Assembly: GCA_963737655.1 (NCBI GenBank)
Contig: CAVTTN010000002.1
Coordinates: 2,272,001-2,336,000, forward strand
DNA: 64,000 bases
Direction of reading: 5' to 3'
Origin: an uncultured Planctomycetota bacterium
GTDB lineage: Bacteria > Planctomycetota > Planctomycetia > Isosphaerales > Isosphaeraceae
Positions 8,065-17,574 of this stretch are shown one piece after another (the first letter of the stretch is position 1; every line of letters begins with the position of its first letter). A model generated the notes under the pieces. That model had not been told where the DNA came from and did not search any database. It was given only the letters and a program-made list of their open reading frames with translations. The translations under genes and the position numbers were made by a program.

Positions 8065-10827
8065 TTATTTCGGACCCGAAGGACGCGTTGGCGTCCGAAG
8101 CTCGACCACCCGGCGCTCGGGCTTCGGATGGGTCGCCGAGATCGCCGCGCCCACCCGGACCCGGACGTCCCAAAGGGCTTCGGGCGAGAGGCGATCGTAC
8201 GCCATCCGCCCGGCGTCCTCGCCTCCGAGGAACCCCTCCGTCCCCTTCCGCTCGCCGGCCAGGCCCAGGGCCAGGCGAACCGTCTCGGCGATCGCCTCCC
8301 TCGGCAGTCCGGAGACCCTGGCCCAGAGCGTCAGGTATTCCACGTCCTGTTGCCCCCTCCGGTAGCTCTTCAGGCGGACGCTCGGCACGGGCGGCCCCCC
8401 GCTCTTCGATGGGTAGAACAGCGAAAGCTCGTCGGCCTGGTCCCAGGACTCGGCCGAGCCGATGGTCTGCCACGGCAGCACGCCATCGGCCCCGAGCGTC
8501 CAGATGTCCAGACACCAGGCCGCCGGCTGGACGTTCGATTCCTCGATCGGGTTCGAGCTCCCGTATTCCACGACCACCTGACCCGTTCGGCGTTTGCGCT
8601 CCAGGACCATCCGTCGATACGAGTGGAACGCTCCACCGACGACGTTGTAATCGAGGAGGCCGTCGAGCGAATCCCGTTGCCACTGGGGACGCGAGATGTC
8701 GCACCGAAACACCACCTTCGCCGGGCCGCCGCCCGCGGCGTTCACCCCGTCGTGAAAGGCTTGCCCAAAGTACCGCAATGCCCAGAAGTCCTGGAAACTC
8801 GCCGGCTCGTCGAGGAGCCAGGGGCTCGTCGATCGCGACCAGCCGTTCGCCTTGAAGTCGTTCTTGCCATTGAAGTAACACTGAAAGAACGTCCCGCCCC
8901 AGTCCTTGTCGTGGAAGTGCTTCGCCATCTGCCGGGCTACGTCCGTGAACTCCTCGCGATACCCCGGCTTGAACGCCTGGTCGGCCCAGTAACTCCCGTT
9001 GTAATGGGACTCGATCGCCGCCGGCCAGTTTTCGAACAGGGGCAGGTAGAAGCATTCGATCGGGACACCCTTCCTCGGCAGGTCGGCGAACGCGGAGCCG
9101 TCGAAGAGAGGGCCGAACCGGCGGTCCCACTCGGTCCAGTCCAGCGTCTTTCCGACCTTTCTCGGCGCAAATCCCTCGTGGACCTTGCCGTTGTGCGAAT
9201 AGCCGAGGCGATTGAGCACCGTCCGATGCTCATGGGCCAACCGATAATAATCGCGCTCATTCTCGGGCAGGCCATACGCGTTCATCTCGGGCAGGAAGCT
9301 GAGTGAATCGGGGAGCGTGAAGTCCCAGACCGTCAGCGAGACCGGCAATTCCAGACTCGCCCCGTCCCTTGACCGGAGCTTGAGGGTTCCTCGATGGAGG
9401 CCCGGCTTCAGTTCATGCGGAACATAGACTTCCGCATGCAAACTCGCCGATTTTCGACCTTTTTCGGGGACGTCCGCCGGCCAGTCGGTCGGCACGACCG
9501 GATCGGGCATCGGCCCTTTCTTCGATCCGACGTTCGCGAACGACGAAATTCGACCGCGAATGTTCGGGTCATCGAACTCCAGCGCCGGATTCAGCCCGGC
9601 CACCGGCCCCTTGACGACCACCTGGAACGCCGAGAACTCGTTGCGGGCGGCGAACAGGCGGATTTCCTTGGAAGTTGCGTCCCATACGTGATTTGAGGCG
9701 AGATACGAGGCGGGACGGGCCGGGATCGTTGCCCCGGAGTCGGGCGAGAGCTTGTCCAGTTCGTCCATCACGGCCATCTCGGCCGATCCAAGCCGGGGCA
9801 GCGGGGCGGAGGTCTTCGGAACCGCCGGAGGACGTCCGGGCAGCGGCGGCGGGACGATTTTGGACAGTTTCGCCACGATTCGAACGGCTTCGCCGGCGTT
9901 TCCGGCTCCGTCGACAGCTCGGATCGTCACTTCGGCCGTCCCCGAGCCCGGGATGCCGGCGATCGTCAGGCCGATCCGCTCCCCGACTCTTGAGGCCGGA
10001 GCGACTTCCGACGCCGCGATCGGCCGGCCATCGACTTCGACCCGGAAGCCGATCGTCCCCGAGCCGCCCCGATCCGGAGGTGTTTCCCAGGAAACCTCCG
10101 CGGTCCCGCTCAGCATCCCCTCGGCCGAGGATTGAACGGCCTTCGGAGCCTCCGGGGATTGCCGGTCCTCGTCGCCGAGTTCGACGGTCAGGAATGGGGC
10201 GGATGCGCGATTTTGTTCGCGACTGTAAAGAAATCGGTTGGGAAAGAGGCGGCGGTCCCATTTTTCGCCGGAACGGGCCCACTCGGTCCCGGTGTCATCG
10301 AAGAGCAGAAAGCCCTGGCTGATCCCGGCGATCCGGGCGGCGACGACTCTAGGATCGACGGAGATCGTTTGAAAGCCCTGGGCATCGGGGGACGAGGCGT
10401 CGGCCATCCCCCAGAGGTGGCCGCCTTCGCCAAACATGACCGAGCAGAGGTCGGCAGAGCCGGCCTTCCAGGGTTCATCGGGATGCTTCCGGCGGCGAAA
10501 CGTGGAGCTTCCGTTCTGCTTCTCATAGTTGGTCCCGGTTCCCTCGAACCAATCCGACGTAAACCCACCCGTCGTCACGCGTAGCAACCTCGGCTCGCCC
10601 GTCGAGCGGACGTGGAGGGTGGCGGCCTTCACGATCCGCCCTCGGAGCGGTGCGACGTCGAAATCGACGAGTGACATCTCCTGGTGGGACTTGAGTTTGA
10701 GGCGAGGCGCCCCGCCGTTGTTGCCGTCTTCCTCGGCGCCGACGCTGGAGAACCAGGTATCGCGGGTCACGTCGAGCCGGACCGGTGTCCCGGACAGGCA
10801 AGCCAGGATCATGGGCAAGACGAGCAT
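8065..10827 (-). CDS. secreted multidomain protein: DNRLRE/CBM96-like + FN3-like + GH123-like/DUF4091 domain
   Basis: VTRDTW...SLVDFDV N-terminal module; VSWETPPDRGGS FN3-like motif; LFAARNEFSAFQVVV, LTVWDFTLP and PSVRLKSYRRGQQDVEYL. Start uncertain (10827 or 10899). Confidence 0.7.
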   Translation of the reverse strand: MLVLPMILACLSGTPVRLDVTRDTWFSSVGAEEDGNNGGAPRLKLKSHQEMSLVDFDVAPLRGRIVKAATLHVRSTGEPRLLRVTTGGFTSDWFEGTGTNYEKQNGSSTFRRRKHPDEPWKAGSADLCSVMFGEGGHLWGMADASSPDAQGFQTISVDPRVVAARIAGISQGFLLFDDTGTEWARSGEKWDRRLFPNRFLYSREQNRASAPFLTVELGDEDRQSPEAPKAVQSSAEGMLSGTAEVSWETPPDRGGSGTIGFRVEVDGRPIAASEVAPASRVGERIGLTIAGIPGSGTAEVTIRAVDGAGNAGEAVRIVAKLSKIVPPPLPGRPPAVPKTSAPLPRLGSAEMAVMDELDKLSPDSGATIPARPASYLASNHVWDATSKEIRLFAARNEFSAFQVVVKGPVAGLNPALEFDDPNIRGRISSFANVGSKKGPMPDPVVPTDWPADVPEKGRKSASLHAEVYVPHELKPGLHRGTLKLRSRDGASLELPVSLTVWDFTLPDSLSFLPEMNAYGLPENERDYYRLAHEHRTVLNRLGYSHNGKVHEGFAPRKVGKTLDWTEWDRRFGPLFDGSAFADLPRKGVPIECFYLPLFENWPAAIESHYNGSYWADQAFKPGYREEFTDVARQMAKHFHDKDWGGTFFQCYFNGKNDFKANGWSRSTSPWLLDEPASFQDFWALRYFGQAFHDGVNAAGGGPAKVVFRCDISRPQWQRDSLDGLLDYNVVGGAFHSYRRMVLERKRRTGQVVVEYGSSNPIEESNVQPAAWCLDIWTLGADGVLPWQTIGSAESWDQADELSLFYPSKSGGPPVPSVRLKSYRRGQQDVEYLTLWARVSGLPREAIAETVRLALGLAGERKGTEGFLGGEDAGRMAYDRLSPEALWDVRVRVGAAISATHPKPERRVVELRTPTRPSGPK

Positions 10828-11255
10828 CGGAGTGACTCCGGAACGACGGGGCCTCGGGAGAGACCGCCCAGGGTAGCCGTTCGGGAACCCCTCGGCCACG
10901 GCCTACCGCCGATCTCTACCCCCGGGGCGGGCATCCCCCGATTGGGAGTCTGAGAATCGGTCGCCTGCCCGGTTTCCAAGCATCATTCACGATGAATGCC
11001 CGATCCGAGGCAAGATGTGGCCGATTGCGGTCGGGCCTCGAGTCGCGTAAGATGAATCGACATCGTCTCTTGGGCTGATTTGCTCCCGAGGAACCTCCGC
11101 GGTGCGGAGGTTGCGTTGAGGAATTCGATGGAGAGCCGGGGTTGAGGGGCTCTCTCCTCATCGGGAACGTCGGCGTTCGATCTGTCCGGCGGGGACCGCC
11201 CTGGGGTACTCCGCTGTCCTCTCCGCTTTTTCCTGGCCTCGGAACCGGCAGCGTC

Positions 11256-12761
11256 ATGACCACGACCGCACCGGCCTCCCTGCCCTCGCTGTTTCGCCCC
11301 TACCGCGTCTCCGGGTTCGACGAGATGTTCGCCGAGCCCGGCCTGCCCCGGGCGCATTACGCGAAGCTCTTCGAGAGGCTCGGCTCGCTCGACCCCGAGG
11401 AGATCGAGCACAGGCGAAAGGTCGCAGACCTTTCGATGAGGCACCAGGGGATCACCTTCACCGTTTACGGACGCGATCAAGGGGTCGAGCGGATCATCCC
11501 CTTCGACCCGATCCCCCGGCTGGTCTCGGCCGACGAATGGGACCGCATCGAACGCGGGCTGAAGCAGCGTGTTCGCGCCTTAAACCTTTTCTTGCGCGAT
11601 ATTTACCACGATCGGCTGATCCTCAAGGACCGCGTGGTTCCGCCCGAGCTGGTCGTCGGCGCCTCGGGGTATCGCCGCGAGGTCCTGGGCCTCCAGGTTC
11701 CCAAGGATATTTACATTCACGTCTCGGGGATCGACCTGATCCGCGACGCCGACGGCTCCTACCTGGTCCTCGAAGACAATTGCCGGACCCCCTCGGGCGT
11801 GAGCTACGTCCTGAAGAACCGGCAGGTCATGAAGCAGGTCTTCCCATTCCTGTTTCAGCCTTACGACGTCAGGCCCATTGACGACTATACTTCGGATCTG
11901 CTCGCGGTCCTCCGAAACATCGCCCCGCCGGAGTGTGATGACCCGACCGTGGCCGTCCTCACCCCGGGGCTGTACAATTCGGCCTATTATGAGCATTCAT
12001 TCCTGGCGAGAAAGATGGGCGTGGAGCTGGTCGAGGGGCGAGACCTCGTCCTCGATCGCGGTCAGATCTTCATGAGGACCACTCGGGGCCTCCAGAGGGT
12101 GGACGTCCTCTATCGCCGGGTCGATGACGACTTCCTCGATCCCCTCGCGTTCCGCCGCGAGAGCGCCCTGGGCGTGGCCGGGCTGATGGGGGCGTATCGG
12201 GCCGGCAACCTGGGCCTGGCCAACGGCGTGGGCACGGGCGTGGCCGATGACAAGGGGATCTATCCGTTCGTCCCGGCGATCATCAAATATTACCTGAATG
12301 AAGACCCGATCCTGGCGAACGTGGAAACCTTCCGTCCCCTGATCCCGTCGCACAAGCAGCACATTTTGGAGAATCTGGAAAAGCTGGTGGTGAAGTCGGT
12401 GGACGGATCGGGCGGGTACGGAATGCTGATCGGACCGGCCTCGACCGCCGAGCAGCGGGACGAGTTCCGCCGAAAGATCGAGGACAGTCCCAGGAACTAC
12501 ATCGCCCAGCCCACGATCCGCCTGAGCCAGCACCCGACGTTCATCGACGACGGGATCGAGGGCCGGCACGTCGATCTCCGGCCGTTCATCCTTTATGGGG
12601 ACGAGATCAAGGTCCTTCCCGGAGGGTTGACCCGGGTGGCCTTGCCTCGCGGCTCGCTGGTGGTGAACAGCTCGCAGGGGGGCGGGACGAAGGATACCTG
12701 GGTCCTCCGAGGGGCGCCGGTGCCCCCGTCGCCCTCGGCCGTCCCGCGAGGGGGGGCCTGA
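11256..12761 (+). CDS. circularly permuted type 2 ATP-grasp protein
   Basis: [52 protein letters not shown] and PGGLTRVAL...[15 protein letters not shown] motifs. Confidence 0.93.
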   Translation: MTTTAPASLPSLFRPYRVSGFDEMFAEPGLPRAHYAKLFERLGSLDPEEIEHRRKVADLSMRHQGITFTVYGRDQGVERIIPFDPIPRLVSADEWDRIERGLKQRVRALNLFLRDIYHDRLILKDRVVPPELVVGASGYRREVLGLQVPKDIYIHVSGIDLIRDADGSYLVLEDNCRTPSGVSYVLKNRQVMKQVFPFLFQPYDVRPIDDYTSDLLAVLRNIAPPECDDPTVAVLTPGLYNSAYYEHSFLARKMGVELVEGRDLVLDRGQIFMRTTRGLQRVDVLYRRVDDDFLDPLAFRRESALGVAGLMGAYRAGNLGLANGVGTGVADDKGIYPFVPAIIKYYLNEDPILANVETFRPLIPSHKQHILENLEKLVVKSVDGSGGYGMLIGPASTAEQRDEFRRKIEDSPRNYIAQPTIRLSQHPTFIDDGIEGRHVDLRPFILYGDEIKVLPGGLTRVALPRGSLVVNSSQGGGTKDTWVLRGAPVPPSPSAVPRGGA

Positions 12762-12762
12762 G

Positions 12763-13722
12763 ATGCTCAGCCGGGTTGCCGAAAATCTCTACTGGACTGG
12801 GCGATACGTCGAAAGGGCGGAGACCGTCGCGAGGCTCCTGGACTCGGCATTCTTCCTCGAACTCGACGCCGCGGGCCTCGCCCTGGACGACGACGGGTCG
12901 GGGCCGGTCGAGGGCGTGCTGTCGATCCTCGGCTGCCGGACCGCGTTCGAGGCGACCGCGTCGGCCGGCGACCGGGACGCGGTCCTCCGGTTCCTCACGT
13001 TCGATCGCAAGAACTCGCAATCGATCCTGAGCATGGTCGCCCGAGCCCGGGAAAACGCCCGAGGAACCCAGGAGGCCATCCCGGCGGAGGTCTGGAGCGA
13101 GCTGAACCGGATGTTCCTCTTCCTCTCGGGCGCCAAGGCCCAACGGCGATTCGCCGAGAGCCCGTTCGAGTTCTACGGGGGGATCAAGCGCTCGTGCGTC
13201 CTCTGGGCGGGCCTGGTTGACGGAACTCTGGCCCGGGACGAAATTTACCAATTTCTTCACGCCGGCCGATACCTCGAGCGGGCCGATCAGGTGGGGCGGA
13301 TCTTGCGGGCCAAGAGTCATACGTTGATCGAGCACGAGACGGCCACGACCGGGCCGATGAGGCCGATCCAGTGGTCGAGCCTCCTGAGGAGCTGCTCGGC
13401 GTATGACTCGTACCTGCGGACGTTCCGCGAGCGGGTCGATCCCAAGGGGGTGGTCCGCTACCTCGTCCTCGACGCCGATTTCCCCCGGGCCTTGAGGTTC
13501 TGCGTGGCGAGGTGCCGCGAGGCCCTCCACGAGGTCTCCGGCGGGGACGAGGACGGGTACGGGTCCGAGGCCGAGCGGTTGTTGGGCCGCCTGGAAGGCG
13601 AGCTTCGCTATATCGACGTGGCCGAGATCTTCGATCGCGGCCTCCCCCGCTTCCTGGCGAGCGTCCAGGAGACGTGCTCTCGGGTGGGGCAGGAGTTCCA
13701 TCGGGCGTATTTCGTGGGTTGA
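12763..13722 (+). CDS. alpha-E domain protein (DUF403)
   Basis: MLSRVAENLYWTGRYVERAE, ARENAR, GRYLERAD and FPRAL: duplicated ER motifs. Confidence 0.93.
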   Translation: MLSRVAENLYWTGRYVERAETVARLLDSAFFLELDAAGLALDDDGSGPVEGVLSILGCRTAFEATASAGDRDAVLRFLTFDRKNSQSILSMVARARENARGTQEAIPAEVWSELNRMFLFLSGAKAQRRFAESPFEFYGGIKRSCVLWAGLVDGTLARDEIYQFLHAGRYLERADQVGRILRAKSHTLIEHETATTGPMRPIQWSSLLRSCSAYDSYLRTFRERVDPKGVVRYLVLDADFPRALRFCVARCREALHEVSGGDEDGYGSEAERLLGRLEGELRYIDVAEIFDRGLPRFLASVQETCSRVGQEFHRAYFVG

Positions 13723-13807
13723 GCCGGGTTCGCGATCGGGAAGCGTGGTCGGCGGGTTGCACCCGCCCTGCTCATCGGTGGCCTTCCCACCCTTATGGGG
13801 CCTTTCG

Positions 13808-14800
13808 ATGCTTCTTCGCGTCCATCATGAGACGAAGCTGACGTACTCCGAGCCGGTCAGCGAGACGGTCCTGGAGATCCGGATGGCCCCGCCGTCGGAC
13901 GAGGACCAGACGAACCTCGGCTATCGCCTGAGGATCACGCCGAATGCGCCCGTCACGTCGTATCGCGACGGGGTGGGGAATCGCGTCGATCTGTTCAACA
14001 TCCTGACCCCGTACCAGGAGTTGACGGTCCGGGCGACCTCGATCGTCCGGACCCATCGGCGGGATGCCTCGGCCCGGCTGGCGAATTCTCCGTTCCCGGA
14101 CGTGGATTCGGCGGTGCCGCTGGATGCCCTGGAATTCCTGACGCCCAGCCGTCTGGTCAACCATTCGCCCCTCCTGGAGCAGTTCGTCTCCTCGGTCCCT
14201 CGGCCCTCGGGCGGGTTCCGGGAGGGCGTCGATTCCCTGATCGAGGCGGTCCGCGGCCGTTTGAAATACGAGAAGAAGGTCACGACGGCGAGGACCCCCG
14301 TGGGCGAGGCGCTGGCGCTGGAGCGGGGGGTCTGCCAGGACTTCGCCCACCTGTTCCTCGGCTTGGCCCGGGGGATGGGCCTGCCGGCCCGCTATGTCAG
14401 CGGGTATGTCCACGGCCTTGGCGAGCTGGCCACCCATGCGTGGTGCCAGGTCTGGGCCGGTCCGACCGGCTGGGTGGATCTGGACCCGACCCGTGGTAGC
14501 TGGGTCGGTGATGGCCACGTCGTCATCGCCGTGGGCCGCGACTTCCTGGACGTCCCGCCGAACCGGGGGGTCTGGAAAGGACGTGCTGAAGAGACGATCT
14601 CGGTGGCCGTCCAGGTGGATGCCCTCGACCGGATGCCGCCGGACTGGGGGGAATGGCCGATCCAGGGGCCCTGGTCTCCCTATGGCGCCACACTTTCTCA
14701 ATCGCAGTCGCAGTCGCAGAGGAGACGGGGCGGAGGGATCCTGGCGAGCGGATATCGTCAGCAGCAGAGCCAGCAGCAGCAGACGCCCCGCCGGTCCTGA
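13808..14800 (+). CDS. transglutaminase-like protein with Gln-rich C-terminal tail
   Basis: N-terminal LRVHHETKLTYSEPV domain; triad motifs GVCQDFAH, THAW, DLDPT; ARYVSGY; tail SQSQSQSQ...QQQSQQQQ. Confidence 0.92.
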   Translation: MLLRVHHETKLTYSEPVSETVLEIRMAPPSDEDQTNLGYRLRITPNAPVTSYRDGVGNRVDLFNILTPYQELTVRATSIVRTHRRDASARLANSPFPDVDSAVPLDALEFLTPSRLVNHSPLLEQFVSSVPRPSGGFREGVDSLIEAVRGRLKYEKKVTTARTPVGEALALERGVCQDFAHLFLGLARGMGLPARYVSGYVHGLGELATHAWCQVWAGPTGWVDLDPTRGSWVGDGHVVIAVGRDFLDVPPNRGVWKGRAEETISVAVQVDALDRMPPDWGEWPIQGPWSPYGATLSQSQSQSQRRRGGGILASGYRQQQSQQQQTPRRS

Positions 14801-15036
14801 ACCGCACGATCCGGGCGGGAACGAGCATCGCGGCGAGCCTCCGCCTCCAACGAACTTTTTACCCATTGCCCGCAAATCCCCCGGAATGCCCCCCGGGACG
14901 CTGAATCCTTGGGCACATCCGTCCCGGTTTCGTGCATCCCCTCATGGACGGGTTCCCGACTTACGGCGATCTGGGATTCTTTAAATCGTGACTATGGTGG
15001 GATTTGCGGCACTTCATGGAGTTTTCTTCTGGTATC

Positions 15037-15052
15037 TGGCTCATTCGTTGCT
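15037..15052 (+). promoter_or_regulatory. sigma54 (-24/-12) promoter
   Basis: TGGCTC-ATTCG-TTGCT with exact GG-N10-GC spacing, in an AT-richer intergenic region. Confidence 0.7.
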
Positions 15053-15219
15053 ATGATGTCTCTCGTTGAAACGAAGGAGTTTGACGGCCAAGGAACCTGG
15101 GCCCCGCCGGTCAACCTGCCCCACTCCCCTGGACCGACCCGCCGCACGTCCGTCGCGACGACGGAACGCCCTCCCCACGCGGCTTTTCCCCCCTTTTTTT
15201 CACATTTTCGAGGACCGAA

Positions 15220-15642
15220 TTGATGACTGCGCTCGCGTCTTACCCGCGTCTGAAGACCCAGTTCCGCCGAATGGCGTCCGTCCTGTTGGTCGATCGCATC
15301 GAGCCCTGCTTGGATTTCTGGGTCGACCGCCTCGGTTTCGAGATGCGGCTCCAGGTCCAGGGCGAGGACGGGCTGGAGTTCGTCGCCCTCGGCCGAGGGG
15401 ACGCCGAAGTGATGTACCGGACGCTGGACAGCCTCCACCTCGACACCCCGGGCCTCGTCGATGGTGATCAGCACGCCCCCTGGGTCGTGATCTGCCTCGA
15501 AGTGGACGACCTGGACGAGATCCTGCCCCGGCTCGACGGGGTGGAAGTCGTCGTCCCGGTCCGTGAGACGTTCCTCGGCACCCGCGAGGTCTTCCTCCGC
15601 GAGCCCTCGGGCCGAATCCTCGCCCTGTCCTCCCGCGCCTGA
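15220..15642 (+). CDS. VOC/glyoxalase family protein
   Basis: LLVDRIEPCLDFWVDRLGF, ICLEVDDLD and TFLGTREVFLREPSGRIL. Confidence 0.85.
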   Translation: MMTALASYPRLKTQFRRMASVLLVDRIEPCLDFWVDRLGFEMRLQVQGEDGLEFVALGRGDAEVMYRTLDSLHLDTPGLVDGDQHAPWVVICLEVDDLDEILPRLDGVEVVVPVRETFLGTREVFLREPSGRILALSSRA

Positions 15643-15670
15643 GCCTCCGGGCCCGAGATCCATCGTTCGA

Positions 15671-15710
15671 GACGGGGATGGGAAGCGCATCGGCGTTTCC
15701 CATCCCCGTC
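15671..15710 (+). terminator. hairpin downstream of the VOC gene (possible terminator)
   Basis: 14-bp perfect stem gacggggatgggaa/ttcccatccccgtc; only a weak U-tract follows. Confidence 0.45.
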
Positions 15711-15803
15711 CCCTTTCCTGGGCCGATCGCTGGCCCGTCCGGTTCAGTTCGGTTAGAACGGTGCGTCCTGGGACCTTTCGCGGCGAGTCGGAGGCGACGG
15801 GCC

Positions 15804-16873
15804 ATGATCGCGATGAGGACGAGCCTTCTCCTGGTGATCCTGGCCGCGACGGCGAACGCTCAGGATGGGCCGCCGAGGCCGACCTCGGGCGACTTCACGA
15901 TCCGCGATTTTCGGTTCGCCTCGGGCGAGGTCCTGCCCGAGCTTCGGCTCCATTACCGGACGTTCGGGACGGCCGAGAGGGGTGCGGACGGCCACGTCAA
16001 GAACGCCGTCCTGATCCTCCACGGGACCACGGGCCACGGCGGGAATTTCGTCCGGCCCGAGTTCTCGGGCGAGCTGTTCGGCCCGGGGGCGCCCTGGACG
16101 CGACGAAGTTCTTCCTGATCCTGCCCGATGGGATCGGCCACGGCGATTCGAGCAAGCCGAGCGACGGCCTCCACGCGAAGTTCCCGCACTACGGCTATCG
16201 CGACATGGTGACGGCCCAGCATCGGCTGGTCACGGAAGGGTTGAAGGTCGATCATCTGCGCCTGGTCATGGGAACATCCATGGGGGGGATGCATACGTGG
16301 CTCTGGGGCGGGACCTACCCGGACTTCATGGACGCCCTGATGCCCCTGGCCTCCCTGCCGACGCAGATCTCCGGGAGGAACCGGGCCTGGAGGCGGATCA
16401 TCATCGACGCGATTCGCAACGACCCGGGCTGGGAAGGCGGCGAGTACAAGAGCCAGCCCCAGGCGTCGCGGACGGCGGCCGAGATGCTCTTCCTCATGTC
16501 GAATAACCCGGTCGAGCGGCAGAAGGAGGCCCCGACCCGCGAGGCGGCCGACCGCGTTCTCGACGCCTTCGTGGCGCGGTCGATGCGGACGATCGACGCC
16601 AACGACACCCTCTATGCCGTGGACGCCTCGACGGACTACGACCCCGGCCCGGCCCTGGAGCGGATCGCGGCCCCCCTGGTGGCGATCAACTTCGAGGATG
16701 ACCTGATCAACCCGCCCGAGCTCGGCGTCCTCGAGCGGGAAATCCGCCGCGTGCCCGGAGGCAAGGCGATGATCGTCCCCCGGAGCGACCGGACCCGCGG
16801 GCACGGGACCCACACCCTGGCGGCGGTCTGGAAAGCCGAGCTCGTCGACCTCCTGAATCGGTCGGCTCGCTGA
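15804..16873 (+). CDS. secreted alpha/beta hydrolase, homoserine acetyltransferase-like; -1 frameshift near 16085-16095
   Basis: Frame A: signal peptide, FRFASGEVLPELRLHYRTFG, LILHGTTG. Frame B: PDGIGHG, GTSMGGM nucleophile elbow, GHGTH. The junction lies at cccgggggcgccc. Confidence 0.85.
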
Positions 16874-17240
16874 GCGACGACCCCGGTCGGAGGCCGACCA
16901 TCGCCTCGTCCCTCCCGACGGGGGGGCAGGCGGCCGGACGGTCGGGCCCGGCTCGACGCATGGGGATGGATCTGCCGGGCGCTAATCCTTCACGGATTGC
17001 CCGTTGCGGCCGGGACCGGGTTCGTCGCGAGGAGCTTCGCCTCGGCCCGCGCGTCGTCGTGCGCCGGCCGGATCATCGAGTTCCTTCCACCCGCCCGGCG
17101 GGTCCGGGGCCGAGGACCGCCCCCGGCCCCCGCGGCCGATCATGCCTGGGATAAAGATTCGAGAACCTTCATGAGAGGAAACGCTGGAGGCAGTCGAATC
17201 GATCGGCAATCCTTGGCTCATGAGGCCGGGATGGTGGTGG

Positions 17241-17282
17241 CTGGCCTGCCGTCGGTCTCGGTAGGCCAGGGCCTGCCCTACG
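17241..17282. repeat. partial copy of the GTAGGGCAGGC palindromic repeat
   Basis: ctggcctgccg...cggtaggccagggcctgccctacg matches the right part of the copies at 48303, 54239 and 58874. Confidence 0.7.
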
Positions 17283-17449
17283 AACTGTCAACCGCCACGC
17301 TCGAACGAAAACCGCACTTCAGCGCGACTTACGTTCCGGTCGGGAATGTTTCGTTCTTGCGACATCGGGATCCGATCGTGCGTCATCGCATGGATTGGTC
17401 CACGAAGGCCCGGGGCCTCATCGGTCTCCGATCCGTTCATGAATTCGAT

Positions 17450-17492
17450 CTTATCCGGGCCTCATCGTCGGCTCAGGTCCGGGGGGTAGGAT
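17450..17492 (+). promoter_or_regulatory. putative OmpR-family-activated promoter of the symporter gene
   Basis: CTTATC/CTCATC/CTCAGG at an 11-bp period (17450, 17461, 17472) and -10 TAGGAT at 17487. Confidence 0.5.
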
Positions 17493-17574
17493 TCGGGGCG
17501 CCTGGCGGGGTTCGCCCGCCGGGACGGGCCTCCGGCGAGGGGTCCGAGGCCAATCCCCGGGATGGAGTCGATCC

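Noticed and set aside
10975..11115. Sigma54/NtrC-type sites upstream of the ATP-grasp operon
   Set aside because: TGG...TTGC matches have the wrong spacing (N6 or N8 rather than N10) and the palindrome is only a weak NtrC match; a 9-bp hairpin at 11092-11112 has no assignable role.
15804..16873. Assigning metX to the alpha/beta hydrolase
   Set aside because: It has a signal peptide and only family-level similarity, so homoserine acetyltransferase activity cannot be claimed.
16890..17240. Short ORFs between the hydrolase and the symporter
   Set aside because: No motifs and conflicting frames; a 28-aa minus-strand ORF (MIRPAHDD...) is possible but unsupported.
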